Positions 48,300 to 63,464 of a DNA stretch of 64,000 nt are shown here, one piece after another. A program made the position numbers and the translations under genes. Numbering within the stretch: position 1 is the first letter of the stretch; the number at the start of each line of letters is the position of its first letter. Origin of the DNA: Chrysomallon squamiferum (Eukaryota > Animalia > Mollusca); contig CM022671.1 in NCBI GenBank assembly GCA_012295275.1, forward strand, positions 36,580,001-36,644,000. Reading direction: 5' to 3'. The notes under the pieces were generated by a model. It was not told the origin of the DNA. It saw only the letters and a list, made by a program, of their open reading frames with translations, and ran no database searches.

Positions 48300-51200
48300 A
48301 CCTTTAATATTCATAGACAACAAATGATTATCATGTGTTAATTACATTATTTTTTGTATTATGTAAAAGGGAAGAAATGTAGATAATTTTCATACACTGA
48401 GAAAAGATAGAACATAAAACCATGTGATTGCCATGTAAGAATGATCTTAAGCCATACCTATCACAATTTTTATACATGTAAAAATAATATCCATAAGTAA
48501 AAATAAAAACTACTTCTTTTTAACACTTGACAGTACGATAAATTAATCTGCTATGTAAAGTGTTTTAAACTTTCTGTTATAAATTATATATGAATAAGAT
48601 GCTTCAAAGTATCAATTTGTTATACGAGAAAATATAATTATATAGCCACTGCTAATAAATGAATAAAAAATTATAGTAAATGTAGACATTAAGGAATCAT
48701 TTTTACTGTAAGAGCAAAAATGACATAAGCAAACCATTTACATAACTTTACTGTCAAACCAAGTGTTCAAAAGAAAACAATTAGGAAACTGGATACTGTA
48801 CTTGTGCACACAAAATTAAATTATAGCATTTGTTAATATATAACTCTTTAGGGCTTTTGCATTTTATACTTTTGTTATATAATGGATTAAGTGACATTTG
48901 TTAACTGTTGAATATAAAGATTTTAAAATTATCTAAAATTAAACAGTAAAAATAAGAAACAAACTCAACACAACTCATCATCTTACAGGTAAACAGCAAT
49001 ACAAGTATGAATTGTTATATTTGTGTGACTGCTGATTGTTACTACTAAGCTCAATGTCTTACAGTGAATGTATATTTAAGGGCAACTCTTTTTTTCTGCA
49101 AATACATCTGCATGTTGTTGCATGTATCTGACAAGTCAAGTTAAAATACCGGGGTGAAGTGCTGTAGCTGGGAAACATTTTCTCCTTAGTCATAGAGAAG
49201 CAAGTTATTTCTGAGTGAATGCTGCTACTTGTGAAGACTGGGGAGATTTACAAAACAATGACGGTAGCTGCAAACAGTGAACTCACTTACAGAAATATCA
49301 CTGCTATAAACAGTAAACTAACTAACAATTAAGTTCTGACCTGATCTCTGTATGAAATGAAAGGGAAAAGCACGGTTATGTGAAACAATTTTTCTTTCTT
49401 TTACAAAACAAAGAAAAAAGTCTATTACATTGCTTGAATGCTTTCAGCATCTGTTACTGGTGTGACTAATACTGAAGAAGAAAAATTCAAGGCTGGAAAG
49501 AAAAGCTCTGTTCAGTCTTGTATAGCATTTCTACATGTAATACATCTCTAGACTGCTATGATCTTGTCAGATATTTAATGTACAGACTATCGTACCATTT
49601 CTACAGTACACATCTATTCCAAACATTGGCTTCAAATTATTTAACTGATTTTACAAATATTTTCTTTAAAAACTAAAAGAGTTAATACTTTGTACCATTT
49701 GCTGCTTAGTAAACAAGTTTTATTATTTAACACTTTCCTAGATTCTGATAAAAAAATAGACTTTTTAAATTATTATTTATTAAACAATTTCTACTATGCT
49801 ATTATTCTTTTAAATTCATAATTATATTCTTACTTATAATTACATTTGAATGAAATACATAAGGGACTTAATTTTAAATATGAATAAAGTGCTTCAATAT
49901 TTGTCAAATTGTTTTTTCTAATCTTTCATCTCATTTAAGTTGTAAAAAGGTTAAACATATATAGTGATAATTAAAACAAATTAGTTTTAGACATTTCTAG
50001 TCCTAAAACAAAAATATATAAATCTCTCCCATTTATTGGGGTTTTTTTTTATTCTGTTCTGACAAAAATATACATTTAAAACTGATTACACTTATTATAT
50101 ACATTATTTTTATAGCCTTAAGCAAATTTATGTAAGAAATGTATGATGAAGTTTTTTTTAACTGAGGAAAATACAGCTTGATGAAGTTTTTTATAATTCA
50201 GATTATAGAATTATTATGATGATCGAATGGACTTCTATCACTAATCAAAGAAACTTTGTGAATTTGTTTATTTCTGTTTCAAACCTTACAGTCATCCTGA
50301 CCCACATTGCTAATTATATTCTCCAAGCCTTTCTTGTGTTATGAATTCCATGATATATGTTTGTTTAGAAATAAATCAAGAAATAAACTGGAATGTCCCA
50401 GGATGGTGCTGGGCTAATAAAGACATCAGACAGGTGCTACTAACAACATTATTTATGTTTGTTGATCCAGTAGACCTGTGTACGTAGCTGTAATTGTAGT
50501 TGTTATTAATAGACTACATATCCACAAGCACCATGCAGATACTTATTTTTTACCACATGAGGTCTTTAACTGCTTATCACAAAGTAACTAAGTGTCTTGC
50601 CACAGTGGTGTATTTTAACATGTTCTGGCAGACACACATTTTAAGAAAAAATCTGGGTTTTGGCCAAAGATGAAGAAAACCATATTGATAGGGTAGCTGG
50701 AGCCATGCAGTAAACAATAAGTTAGAAGTGATAACAGAAACAAACAGTTGGTAATAAGGTTATTTCTATAACCATGCACACTATTCTAAAACAGGATGTT
50801 AAGAAGATCAGAGGAAAAATTTTAATTTTTATAAATTTCTTGTTACAAACACATTTCTTATTGATCACTGAAATATTGCCATGTTTCCTATTTTAATCCA
50901 TATATAGCTAGAAACTTGTTTTGAATCAATATATATGTATCAAGATATGCTTATTTTTTAACAAGTATTACAAAACAGCATTCGCCTGGTAATAAAAGTA
51001 TATTATAAAATAAACATTTATATAACAAATAAAATCAGATGAACATCCTGATGACAAAAATGAACTTGGTCAACATCCAGATTTTATTTTTATATTTAAT
51101 TATTCTCTAGTAATTTTATGGTATATCAACATATTTATAAAACACAGAAAATATGAATATTCCAGATGTAGAACTTAACTGCTTATTTAGTTACTGATTA

Positions 51201-54200
51201 AGAAGACTGCCCCCCCCATCCTGCTCCCATAAACACAAGCTGTTTTCCTCAAAGATCCACAAATAAATGTTTAATAATGTGTTCCTGTACCATAATGCAA
51301 TCTTATTTACACAATGAATAAACAGGTAAATCTACAATAAACAAAATAACCGCAGCAAAACTTTGTGGAAAAGAAACAATTTGTAATACTTCATGAAAAA
51401 ACATTTTAATTTTTTTGAAAATGTTAGAAATTAAAGAATACTGGTTTTTGTCAAACAATCTACTTATGTCAGTATCTATCAACAATGTGAAAATGTCTTG
51501 AAAAGAATTTTGATTGTGTTTATAAAAACAACAGAAAAGCTTAGGATCTAATGTTAACAATTTCAACAGATACAAAACCAGTGAAGCAAGATATATGGTA
51601 AATTATTACCTAACAACTGGCTGTTATGAAAAGCCATCAGTAATGAAAACATTTGTGGCGTATGTTATGGCTAGATACTTATACATTAGGTAAATTGAAT
51701 AAAATATATATTTCATATAAATAACTGATTAAATGCAGAAGTTATGTCTTCCTTAGCTCAGAGAATAAATCTGTTAGATATTAAAAGTATTTAAAATATA
51801 TTGCTAATTATCATATTTAATTCTTTCCTTTTTTTTTCTTTTTGGAGACATTGGTTAACAGAAATACATCAGTTCAGATGAGTACATGTTTAAAATAAAA
51901 CTGAAATATGTGTATAAACAAAATAAATTACACTATTGTGACAGGTACCATTCTCTGAACCAGAGTTGTGACATCTCAAATTGAATTTCCTTTTTTTTTT
52001 CTTTTTTTTTTTTAATAATGCTTAATGTGTACAGTTCTGGCAATATATACTGTCAGATGTAGAACAGAAATAAAGCCAGCAGGACTCACACTGGTACTCA
52101 GAATGTGTTATCGGCAACATGCCTTCTTCTCAGTGAAATGTGCATCCAATAATATTTACAGGAAAGTCAGTTTTAGAGAGGAAACAAGCTGTGTTGTTTG
52201 TGAGGTTGGAGATGAAACATACTGATGCTGTGATATGGAAACACAAAGTGGATGTCTGCAGAACATGTGTGAAACAATATCACAGCTACTGTTCATTCAG
52301 AACATAAACTAGTGAAACATTTCTAGTGTACAAGATATTACTAATTAAAATTGTAACAGTTTCCTTACTGTTTATGACAGAATAAAAATAACCAACATTC
52401 AAATGTTATGAAATTACTTTGTCCTATACAACAGAACTGTGACCATTATCAACACTGTAACATGATATAAACAAAGTGAAAGTATGAACAGGTATCACAT
52501 CACACTAATATAATATATTACTTGACAATATTTCACAGTGGATAGCAGCTGTGTAATGAAGTGAAAACATTGACTTACCTTTATCTTGATACTCATCTCT
52601 GTAATGCTTCCCATTGCATCTTTGTCAGTGAGAGAAAGAAAACGAATCTTGTCTAAAGCATCAGAGGCATTTGATATCAGTTCTCTTAAGAAAATCTGAA
52701 AATAAAACCGGTTTTCATTAATCATCTAGTACCAGTAATTATTTCAGTGAACCTAATTAAATGCAGGGTGTATATTTATGTTTCTTACAAGTTTTATGCA
52801 AATGACTACACATATTAAATTAATAATCTTAAAGATGTATCAAGTGTAGATGGGTCAATTTCACTTTTGAGGGAAGTAATTTACTAGCAAAAATACCTTC
52901 TGATTAAAAGATGAGATTTGGAAACATTTTACATAGATCTTAGCAGCAAGCCTCTGCTATTAACAAATCACTTTTCTCACTGAGAAGTGTCACAAATGTA
53001 AAACATACCTCTTTATTTTTATACAGAGAGTTGATAATAAGTTTCATCATGCGATCCACTTCAGCTTGGAATGCAAATTTTTCCGATTTTTCCCTGAGTT
53101 CCTTCATTTGAGCAACGTTCAATCCATCTAACTTTATTGCTTCTTCCTCTCTGAAAAACAGATTAAAAATATAATAATTAAATGAATTTTATGAAATATG
53201 TAACATTAATTACAAGTTGGAAAATCATTTCAAATTGCTCACATTAAACACTATACTGTTGTATTTGCATACAATGGCATTCATAAATCATTAAAAACAC
53301 ACAGGATTCAAACTTTGGGATTTTCTGTATTTTCATAATAGTATTTATTTTTAGTTACTTGTCAATAATTTCTTTATATATATTTACAATTATTATAAGC
53401 AAAAAGGTTACATGTTTAAAAATTTGTGTAAGGAAAATGTCAAGATACATAATTTCTGATAAATTCTGATAATTTAATGGGGGTTTTTTGTTGTTTTTTT
53501 TAAATTAATATTATTATTCATTTATTAAATCATTTTCCCAGATAAGCATGATCCAAAATGATAACCATTAAGGGAGGGATGTTTTTTTGTTTGGAGGGAT
53601 GTTTTTTTTGTTTTGAGGGAGGTTTTTTTGTTGTTTTTTTTAAAAAGTATTTATTAGTTTTTTGTGTTTTTTTTGTATTTTATCCCCATCAGTTTTAATC
53701 TAATTTAAGCATCTATCAATGAAGAACAGTTTATTCAGTAATGCAAGTCTTTTATTATAAATACTGAAATATCACTGATTATTTATCAAAAGCAATGAAA
53801 AACAATTTCCTTGATCTGGTGAAACTTAGAATAATGACAGAAATGATGTAAACTGACATTTATTTTATCATTCACAGATTTCTAAATATGTAACCTTTTT
53901 TGCATATAATAATAAGAATGAATGAATGAATGAATGAATAAAAAAAAAAAAATTGAAAAATAGATAGACGAAACACAAAATATATCAGAAATGATATATC
54001 TTGAGATTTTCATTACACAGATTTTTAAACACGTAACCTTTTTTGCATATAATAAAAATAATAAAGAAATAAAGAAAAAAGAAAACACACTGAGTAACAA
54101 AATATGTCAGAAATGATGTAATTTGAGATTTTATTACACAGATTTTTAAAAAGGTAATCTTTTTTGCATATAATAAAAATAAATAAATTACAAAATAACA

Positions 54201-57200
54201 GAACATAAATAATATAAATAACCCCGCAGAAAAATTAATACTGTATTTATTTTAGCTTTTTTAAACAGTTACATATGACATTAATTAGTGTGTATAACAG
54301 TCAGTAAAACTATTTTCACTTTAACAAGCAAATTGCATGACAGACACTGGAGAAAATGTTTTCACAAGTTGTCATTCTAATCAGATTTTTGAGGAATTGG
54401 CATCAACTGTTAATATCTTTCTTTTGACATCCATTAACTGATCTGTACATGGAATTATGTTTGTTCGTTTTGTTGAAAATACAACTGAAGCAGTATTTAA
54501 ATAATACATTTAATACCTAGCATATAACCTGCTTGAAAGGATATAAATCATAAACAACATTTAAACTAATCTATATTTTGATTTCTAATATGATTCTAAT
54601 AATTAGAAATTGGCTGGTGATATCATTAACGTTTTATTTTCTATGAAATTCCCAGAGCACATCAAGGATACTAAGTAAGCTGTGGTTGAATATTAAGATA
54701 GTGTGTAGTAACTGACATGAAGTCTGAGTTGGCAGCTCATGTTGTACAGCTCAGTTATAGCTGGCAGCCAAACTTGGGCATACACCAGGATCTTGCTGTC
54801 TGCTTCTACATGCTTTTATGTTTACAGTGAATGTAAACAAAGCAGAAATCAACTTATTTTAGATAGTTTTGTCCACACTACCATGTGAACAGTAGTAAGA
54901 TATCATCTATAGTATGTACTTTCTGAACCCAGGTTTCAAAATATTGAAAATGTGTGGTCAATAGTATTTGTGGATAATTATAATACTAGAAAAACAATTA
55001 TTCAACCATAGAAAATTATTAGGCAATATAATGTACATATGTATTTAATGTTATTCTAAAAATATGAACATAATTTAAATTTGTTATTATGTCAGACTGT
55101 ATTTTTAGACATTTTTTGTAATAGTTTACTAACTCATATTTGTTTTTTTTTTGTACTTTCTTTCTGATATAAATGTAAATGGCACTGTTTCAGATTTTAA
55201 AGTAGTCTTTGATTCACTTAAATCAGGCAGCATATGATAAAATGAGATTTTTTCAAGCATAAAAAATTCAGATTCTGTACTATTCTGCAGTGTAAGCATT
55301 AGCATGTGCTGAATTATTCCAGATGAGAAAACAACATGCTTGATTCTAAAACTCAAGTAGACACACACTAGATGCAGTGTGTGATATATGCTGTAGTTGT
55401 CTTAGAGCTGCTTCTATCTACCTGCATATCAGCCACTGCGTTGTAGTACTCACCCCCTGCCCACAACCACACATGTAAACACATACGTGGTGTCTTAAAT
55501 TATATAGTACAGGAGATAATACTGTTATGTCAGTGCTTTTTTTTACCAGCAGTCAAACCAAATATGTTAGCACCTGCCTAATACCTAAGAATAGTTTGTG
55601 TACTGTCCTTGATGTAGTGATGCTCTTACTGTTAAATAACTAACAGATGAAGTCAAAAATGTATTTGTTACACAGCCAATATTGCTGTCCTGCAGAAACA
55701 CTGGCCAACTGGTTTGTTAATGCCAGAGCATCCATTATATAAAATAGTTTACATAATTAAACTCATATGAAATTAAAATCCTTCCATACATAAATTATTT
55801 TTATTTTTATAAAACTTTACCTACAGATACATATACAACTGCTAACAAATGTGCAGTTTAATATAAATGCTGCTGCAATTACCAATTTAGAAATACTAAT
55901 AATAGAACAATTTGAACATTCTTGAAAAATGTATACATGTATCTGTTTTTGTGTATAAATATGCATGATGAAAGCCAGAAAAATGTTCACTTTAAAGAAA
56001 CTGAAGATTAATCTCAGTTATCTGTTAAAGATTTTACCATGTAGCATGTTTAATGCTACCAGCTAAAACTAACAGATTAATTAACTGATAAACAGTCTTA
56101 CACATCTGCAGGGTATTACAGCTTGTGAATGACTGACAACTATTTGTTATAGTATCAATGATTTACTTATAACGAATCCTCTAGCACCAATGTATAAAAA
56201 ACAGTTTTAATTTTTCAAATAACTTACATTAAAATGAACGGATGGTAAAATGCATTACAGTTAAATATAACAAATCTGAAATTCATCTCAATTTTAACAA
56301 ACAAGAAACAAAAAAAAAATAAATAAATAAAGTTGATGGCCCTATGCAAACATTCTAGAAAAGTTGATTTTTAGTTATGCATATTAATGTCACATTTTTA
56401 AGAATGGTGCTAGTCACATTTTACTTAAAAGAAGCCAATATTTCACAGTACCAGTCTTCTTAAAAAAGCAGTTAAATTTACTTTTTTTTTTTTTTTGACA
56501 AAAATATAACTGAGTAAATTGATTGCTCACCTTTGTACTACCTCATCATCAGTTTTTGAAGCTTCTCTACTTTTACCAAGATCTTCCTCAACAGTGGAAG
56601 TTGAATCATCTTTACTACTCGAGTCATCTGCTGCTAATGCAACTGAAAAAGGAAATAAAGTCATTGTTGTAGTATTTATATCAGAATGGCAAATGCAAGT
56701 TTAATCTACAGCATTCTGAAACCGGTGATTTTTGTCTGTAGTTCTATGTTTTTGAGACAGAATTTGTACTGGTAATGTAACAATAGTTAATTAAACAATA
56801 GCTGACCAGTACAAAAAGATATCCTATTTTATCAAAAACAAAAAATAATTGAATTTCATATTAATTTTCCTTTATTTAGTTTTATTAGCACTGTTTCTAA
56901 ATTACTACACTGATGAAGATAAACTGTAAGAATAACAATGAAAAAGTTAAGAAACAAAAAACAAATAAAAAATATTGTCTCTAACCAACTACACTATATT
57001 AAACACAAAATTATAGCTTCCAGTAATATTCAAGTAATGTTTTCTTTGTAGTATTCACATAAAAGTCTAATAAAAAGAGAAAACCCAGAAAAAAACAGAA
57101 TGCAGGATAGTTTGTGACCAAATGAAGTGGCTAATTTACATTTTATTATCACTTTTATAATTAATAAAAATGTGAAATATTAAAGTATGTGTGTAAGAAT

Positions 57201-58538
57201 AAATAAATAATTTTGAAAATACCTCATAATTCTAAACTTATTTTGACAGGTCTGTTATTATTTATAATAGTCTTATAATAAATAATACTGAATATCAGCC
57301 CCTTCACAAATGCAATCGTGAAATAACTAAAAAATTAACTGTTGAGTCAAACATGAGTATTGTATTATTTGTAACAATATTAATAATTTTTTATTGTTAT
57401 ATATATTTTTTTTTTTTTTTAGAAAGGCTAAATATTACTGAGGTGTTTTTTTCTTTAAAAGATGTTGGTTCATAAAACAGAGAATTATATCAGATAACAG
57501 ACCATTTGTATTACAACTTCACATAATTATAATACACAAACCCTGAATACTACTACTAGTCCTACATTGACAAATAAGTAAAGAAATTATATTTTTGCAT
57601 AACTGACATATTTAACTTAGAAATGTTTCTCAAATTTGAAAATCATATATCCTTAATACAAATGATTGCATTTGACTGATAATTTTGAACAGAAAGCTTA
57701 AATTAATGTTAACAAATTGCTTTTGAAGTGATATGCTAATTACTTAATGTGTAATAATTATTGTAAATATAAAACAGATGTATTAAAGTGAAAACAGCCA
57801 TAAAACCCATTAAAAATGTTTGTGAAAATAAGTCATAATTGAATATTTATGAAATAAATATATTAATGTTTCATAATGAATACTAAATATTAAATGTTTT
57901 ACAAACAAGTTAAACATTGCATTCATGTAAATATTAAAAATTAACAAGTAATTTGAAAATACATATGCTGTACTCATAATGATCAACTTTTAATTATTTA
58001 TTATTATTATTGGTTTTTTTTAAATTAATTTAGATACACTTATTTTATATAAGTAATAAAATAAATAAATAAAAATAAAATTAATTTAACAAAACATTTT
58101 TTTTTTTCTTTTTTATGGCTATTCTTCATTATTTTTAATATAATATTAATAACAATTTTTAGTGCAGGCCCAGTACATGTCGGATACGATATCGAAAAGA
58201 ACGACAATATCACTAGTTCAAAAAACAAATAAATAGTAAAATACATGCTAATATTATTCTATATCAGTTTAACTAACTGACTGGTAATAAATCTGATCAT
58301 CAAAATAAATATTTCTTATATCATAGGACACACTGACACGGACAGTTACACTGGCTGTGCAAAAACATTTTACACGTGCTATAGCCTATAGATAATATAA
58401 TGTATTATACCATATACGAAGTTAGACGTCAAACGAAGGAAGGGGTAACAATAATTGTAAACAATTTTAAAAGTACTTTAGAAACTTACCGGATAAGAAA
58501 AGTAAACCTAAGATTCCTAATACGAGTAAATATTTCAT
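41453..58538 (-). CDS. HSP90B1: Endoplasmin / GRP94 (ER Hsp90), ~808 aa, 18 exons
   Basis: Exons: 58538-58490 (signal peptide [16 protein letters not shown]), 56642-56531, 53150-53009, 52695-52579, 48246-48051, 47401-47272, 46831-46720, 45747-45566, 45472-45283, 45090-45013, 44663-44503, 44237-44066 (GC donor), 43662-43417, 43178-43042, 42854-42776, 42598-42443, 42235-42098, 41482-41453 (SEDKTKDEL*). Hallmarks: [82 protein letters not shown]-terminal KDEL. Confidence 0.97.
47558..48013. mobile_element. Possible decayed non-autonomous hAT-like element (MITE) in an HSP90B1 intron
   Basis: Right end gagtttgacacccctg (reverse complement CAGGGGTGTCAAAC, a hAT/Charlie-type terminus). Degenerate left end taggcatgtgtca. 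Flanks gactcaag / gactaacg resemble a decayed 8-bp target-site duplication. Confidence 0.3.
53890..54200. repeat. ~125-140-bp tandem duplication, about 2.5 copies, intronic
   Basis: gtaacctttttt gcatataata...tcagaaatgat...ttgagatttt.attacacagatttttaaa recurs. Confidence 0.75.
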
Positions 58539-58655
58539 ATTTGCCCTCTAGAGGAGGAGGACGCGAAAAACAGCGTTTGTTTGCTCGGATGAGAACCGTC
58601 CTTGCTCTTTTGGATGCAGGAACTTTCTGGGGAATCCCTTCCGCTGCAGAACTAA

Positions 58656-58746
58656 CCAATCACCAGTCCCCACATTCCTTCATTTTAACCAATGAAAGCC
58701 ACCCAAGTCGATGAACCCAAGTCTCTACTTGGCCTTATTCGATTGG
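58656..58746. promoter_or_regulatory. Three ER-stress-response-element (ERSE)-like motifs in the HSP90B1 promoter
   Basis: CCAAT-N9-CCACA (58656-58674, +), CCAAT-N9-CCAAG (58689-58707, +), CCAAT-N9-CCAAG (58728-58746, -). Consensus is CCAAT-N9-CCACG; all three keep the exact 9-nt spacer. Confidence 0.75.
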
Positions 58747-59033
58747 CCCGCGTTGAATAGTACTAAAAATAGAATGACTGGTTTTGTGAAGCAAACCCCC
58801 AGCAACATTTTTTTTTCGGAACGTCTCGGCTACAGTCAGTAACAGTCCTAAAACTTCCACGTGGTTTTACGCAGACTGGCAGTCTACATTAATAATATTG
58901 TAGTTTGATTAACTGACACAGTTATTTCCTTTATTACAGCAACACCATTCATCAGCTAAGAATTGCGTTACACGTTGCAAATATTTTAGTAACTTCCTTC
59001 AACCAGTCTCGAATTTAATCTATGGTCTACCTG

Positions 59034-59091
<58 letters not shown>

Positions 59092-59331
59092 AGAGAAATA
59101 ACTGTAACAATTAAACTTAAAGTTCACCAAATTACACGCTCTCTCTCCCGCTCTTTCTTTTATATCCACGTATGTGTGTCTATATTCCATTTCATTTTGT
59201 TTATAAATTATTGAATTCATTAATATTAAATGCCTATTAATTTATAAATTTTCTCGGAGTAATTAAAAAGTGCACATGCTGTGGAAAATGTAATCGTTAT
59301 AATTATACGTACGTGTCAGCAACAAAAACAA

Positions 59332-59339
59332 TGACGTGG
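59332..59339 (+). promoter_or_regulatory. UPRE-like XBP1/ATF6 motif TGACGTGG
   Basis: Exact match to the UPRE core ~800 nt upstream of the HSP90B1 ATG; other ACGT cores nearby (e.g. CCACGTGG 58857-58864). Confidence 0.4.
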
Positions 59340-59575
59340 CAGTAAATAGAAACAGTTTACTACGTTCACGTGTACAGAGCAGTATCAGCTGTTTTTGTGG
59401 CAGTAATACTGTACCAGAGAATGACAGTTATTTTTTTGATGTATTCCTTTTCTGAAACTGTTTTATGTCATGTTCGAAGAAAGTTGAATAACACCGTTTA
59501 TAAATATGTATGTCTGTCGGTGCATTGAATGAATGTACTGTTATTTATGCGTGTCTGAATAGCTGTATGTGTCTG

Positions 59576-59636
<61 letters not shown>

Positions 59637-59879
59637 TTTGTAGAAGCCAGGTAACTGTTCAAGGTGGCTGCTTTACTACTACGTTAAAATAAATACATAA
59701 TTATACATTGATACTATCAGTAAATAGCTTATATTTATTAAATAATAAAGCTTTAGAAATTATTATGAAATTATCTCTCTCTTACACGATTTTATGCATT
59801 TCATTTGGGGATTTCGCACAAATACGCAATAAACCGAAATTAGCCGACTACGTACAACCTCTAACCCCGACCTTAAACA

Positions 59880-62800
59880 GTATTTCCGGGTCAGAAATGT
59901 TGTGCTTGGTGATCGTAGCGCTGAATGGAGTAGGTTCAAACTAAAATAGTTTATCTTTGTGAACATTTAATCCTATAGGCAATGCTATAGTTTCAACACA
60001 AAGGTCATGTGCGAATTTTACAGTAACAAATGTAAGTGATAACTGTTTATCTGTTTACAGTCCATATTAAGAGAAAATGGTATCAGGTGTTGACCGTTTA
60101 TGTTTCGGATATCATCAAGATCAATTGAAAGTGGCAAGTTAAGCCTTGCGTAAGATTAATTTTAGACAACTATCATGTCGCATTCCATGTACTTCTTATA
60201 TCTTCGATTTCTTCTTCTTGTTTCCCTTATATTCTTAGATTTCTTCTGCTACTACTTAATTTATAAAAAAAAAATAATAATAATTAAAATATATAATAAT
60301 AATAATAAATAAATAAAAAAAAAAAAAAAACAACACTTTAAGATTTAATCACTTTTAATGTACTTAGAATGAAAGAATTTGATCGTACCTCCCATCAGTT
60401 TAAAAATAAATAAAGGTAAATTATTCCCTCACTGTATTCTTACTCTTATTCAAATATGTATAAAACTAGATGAAAATTAATGTAATGAATATAGAAAAAA
60501 TAAAAATGTGATCTTGCAGTTAAGATCAATGCCTTGTCAGGAAAGATTTTATTGGATATTATGCTATTATTTGTTTTTCTGCTGGTGAAACAACAACAAA
60601 CAAACTAACAAAAAAGAAATACACTCCCCACAAAAAACAACAAAAAAACAACAACAATCCCACAATAATAGTAGAAAGCTGAGATAACTGTCTCTGGTCT
60701 CTTTGGCAGATCAAATCAATCAATTTATCAAAAAGTAATATTAAATACATTTAAAAAATGAATGAAATATAAAATAAATAAATTAATTAAAAAACCGAAT
60801 GTAATATAAAATAAATTAATTAAAAAAATGAATGAAATATAAAATAAATAAATAAATAAATAAATAATAAATTGGTATTAATAAGTAAATATATGTTTAC
60901 AATATTAAAAACTGTTTTAACAGAAATATTTATTTTTTTTATTTTTTTTCTGCATCTGCAATGCGTAAAACTGATTTGCTGATTTCATGTATTAGTATCA
61001 TCTCTTCATGGTTTCTTGTGATTTACAGACTGCTGTATTTAGATTTAATTAAATACCTGTTACATCATTATACCATTTCATATATTCATCATCAGCCTTA
61101 ATGATATAGACAGAAGTGTGATGATTAAGCAGTTATTAGTGTTCAGTGGTCTAAAAGCTCCTTGAAGTGTTGTACACACATACGTACACACACACGCATG
61201 CACACACACACACACACACACACACAAATATATATACCTATACATATATATATATATATAATATCACCCATACATACATATACATACACACACATACAGG
61301 GTGTCACAAATGTTTATCCATAGGCATGCAAATTGAAATATTCTGTTTTTAAATCAAGCTTATCCAGAGAGGTGGATTGTAAAGCAAGGTTAAACTGAAT
61401 GGCCTTCTAGGTCTCCAAACTCAACAAAAGTCAACTTTTTTCTTTGAACTCGGCATTGTATGACAACTGGCCAGCAGTCACTGTACTAAGGGAGACAATC
61501 ACCTCGGCATGTAACAATCTCAGTTCTCTACATTAAGAAATGTTCAGCTTATTTTATTTAATATATACTAAGTGTTGTGAAGTCCACGGCTGCCAGTTCA
61601 AGAATTAAAACATTTAAATATATTTTTACCTGTGATTGCAGACCTTTGGCACATCTCTATATTATATATATATATTATGATCAAATGAACTGCATTCAGG
61701 CTGAACGTTTTGTAGAAGTAAGTACTGTTATTTGTTAATTTATTGGTTGTGTGTAGATGTATTTGAACTGATATGTATGAATAAATATATATGAACTGGT
61801 GTATGTGATTTGTGTATATGAGTAGATGTTTTTGTAAATGAATGTATGTGAGTAGGTTTGTATGTAAATGTGTTTTAAATGTAACTGAATATATATAATT
61901 ATGTGTGTATGTGTGAATATGTATATGTGAATATGTATGCGAATGTGTGTATGTTAATATGTGTATATTACTATGTGTATGTTAATATGTGTGTATGAAT
62001 GTGTGTGTGAATGTGTATGTATATTTTGAATGTAAATGTGGATGTATGAATGTGTGTGTGAATGTGTATGTATATTTTGAATGTGAATGTGTATGTATGA
62101 ATGTGTGGGTGTGGGTGTGTAATTCACTGATAGGGAACGTATTGGTGGTTAGAGGAACATGTTCTTTTTGATGTACAAGTAAATTCTTTCTCCTTCAGTT
62201 GTGATGGTTTATCAAACACAAACATGAAACTGAATCTTACTGATAATCATTTATCACCTTATCTACCAAGCTTTTGTTCAATATTAAACAGCACTGAGAT
62301 TTTGTTAAATTAGTATTCGTTGAATGTTATGCAAAATAAATAAATAAATAAATAATTATATAAATAAATACAAATATAAATAAATAAATATTTAATATAA
62401 AAAAATATCTAAATAAATATATATATATATATATAAAATGAAATAATAATAAAATAACAAATGAAAAAGGAGAGATAAAAACATTTTAAGAAGTTAGAGT
62501 TGTGTGTAGTGTTTGTTTTAGGTTTGGTAGAGAGACTCAAGTACTCACTTAACATGTTAATTCAAACATTGCTACAAGCAGTTTGTATTATCTCAGCACT
62601 GTATTTGAAACAATGATAATTTTTCAGAGTTTTATCATTTTCATTCTTAATAAAAAGAAATATACTATAAATCTTGAAACAAAGACGATTTCTGACACAG
62701 ATTAATAAACAATCAAATTAACATTTTCATATTTGAATCAGATTTTAAAAATTTAATCCCTTTGTTTAATCATTTGTGTTTTGTGAAAGATTTCAGTTTA

Positions 62801-63464
62801 TTTATTAGTTTTGTTTATTATTATTTCAGATTTAGTCTTTTCTCTCTGGTTTCATTGATATCATTATCATGACAGTGATTTTAATTTTTGAACTCTGTAT
62901 TATATGAATATACCTGCTGTCAACCTCATGTACATGAATTTGTTTTCCTTCTTCAAAAAACAAACAGAAAAAACCCTTTCATACAGCCTGAAAAAACAGC
63001 TATCAATTTATTATTTATAGACATACCTACTTACTACAGATATGAAATGAATGTGAGTTTTGTATAGAAATCTCACACACAGATCTGAACATGTTTTATA
63101 ACACACAGACGTTCTTTGTGAGTAACTTCTGTTTACTTTTCACTAAGTAAATACCTGTTGATTTTATGTTGTTTACTCTTTCTGTAAATTATCTTTCACT
63201 TCCTTTTTTCTTCAAAAATGTACCTCATTAAATACTAATACAAACATTTCTTTTTTTTAAATTATTTTATCACAATATAAATGTTTTTCCTTTTCAACAA
63301 TTTGTGTTTTTTTTAATTTCATTTTCATTTTAAATTTTTGTATATATCTTTATGGAAAACAAATAATTAGATTGTAATACCAAAATGTGTTTGAATATCT
63401 AATACTGAATGAATGACAGAGAACCAGTTCCTTCCATTTTCACAGGAATTTTTTGTCAAATGAG
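59880..63464 (+). other. Possible 5' exons of a divergently transcribed gene of unknown identity
   Basis: Donor GTAAGT at ~60031. Exon-like segments 60061-~60133, 61642-61717 (TTGCAG|...|GTAAGT) and 63446-63464 (TTTTCACAG|...|GTAAGT). No convincing continuous reading frame. Confidence 0.3.

Noticed and set aside
48300-56500. Intronic snoRNAs or nested genes in the large HSP90B1 introns
   Set aside because: No convincing C/D or H/ACA box pairs with terminal stems and no credible ORFs seen by eye; an Rfam scan would be needed.
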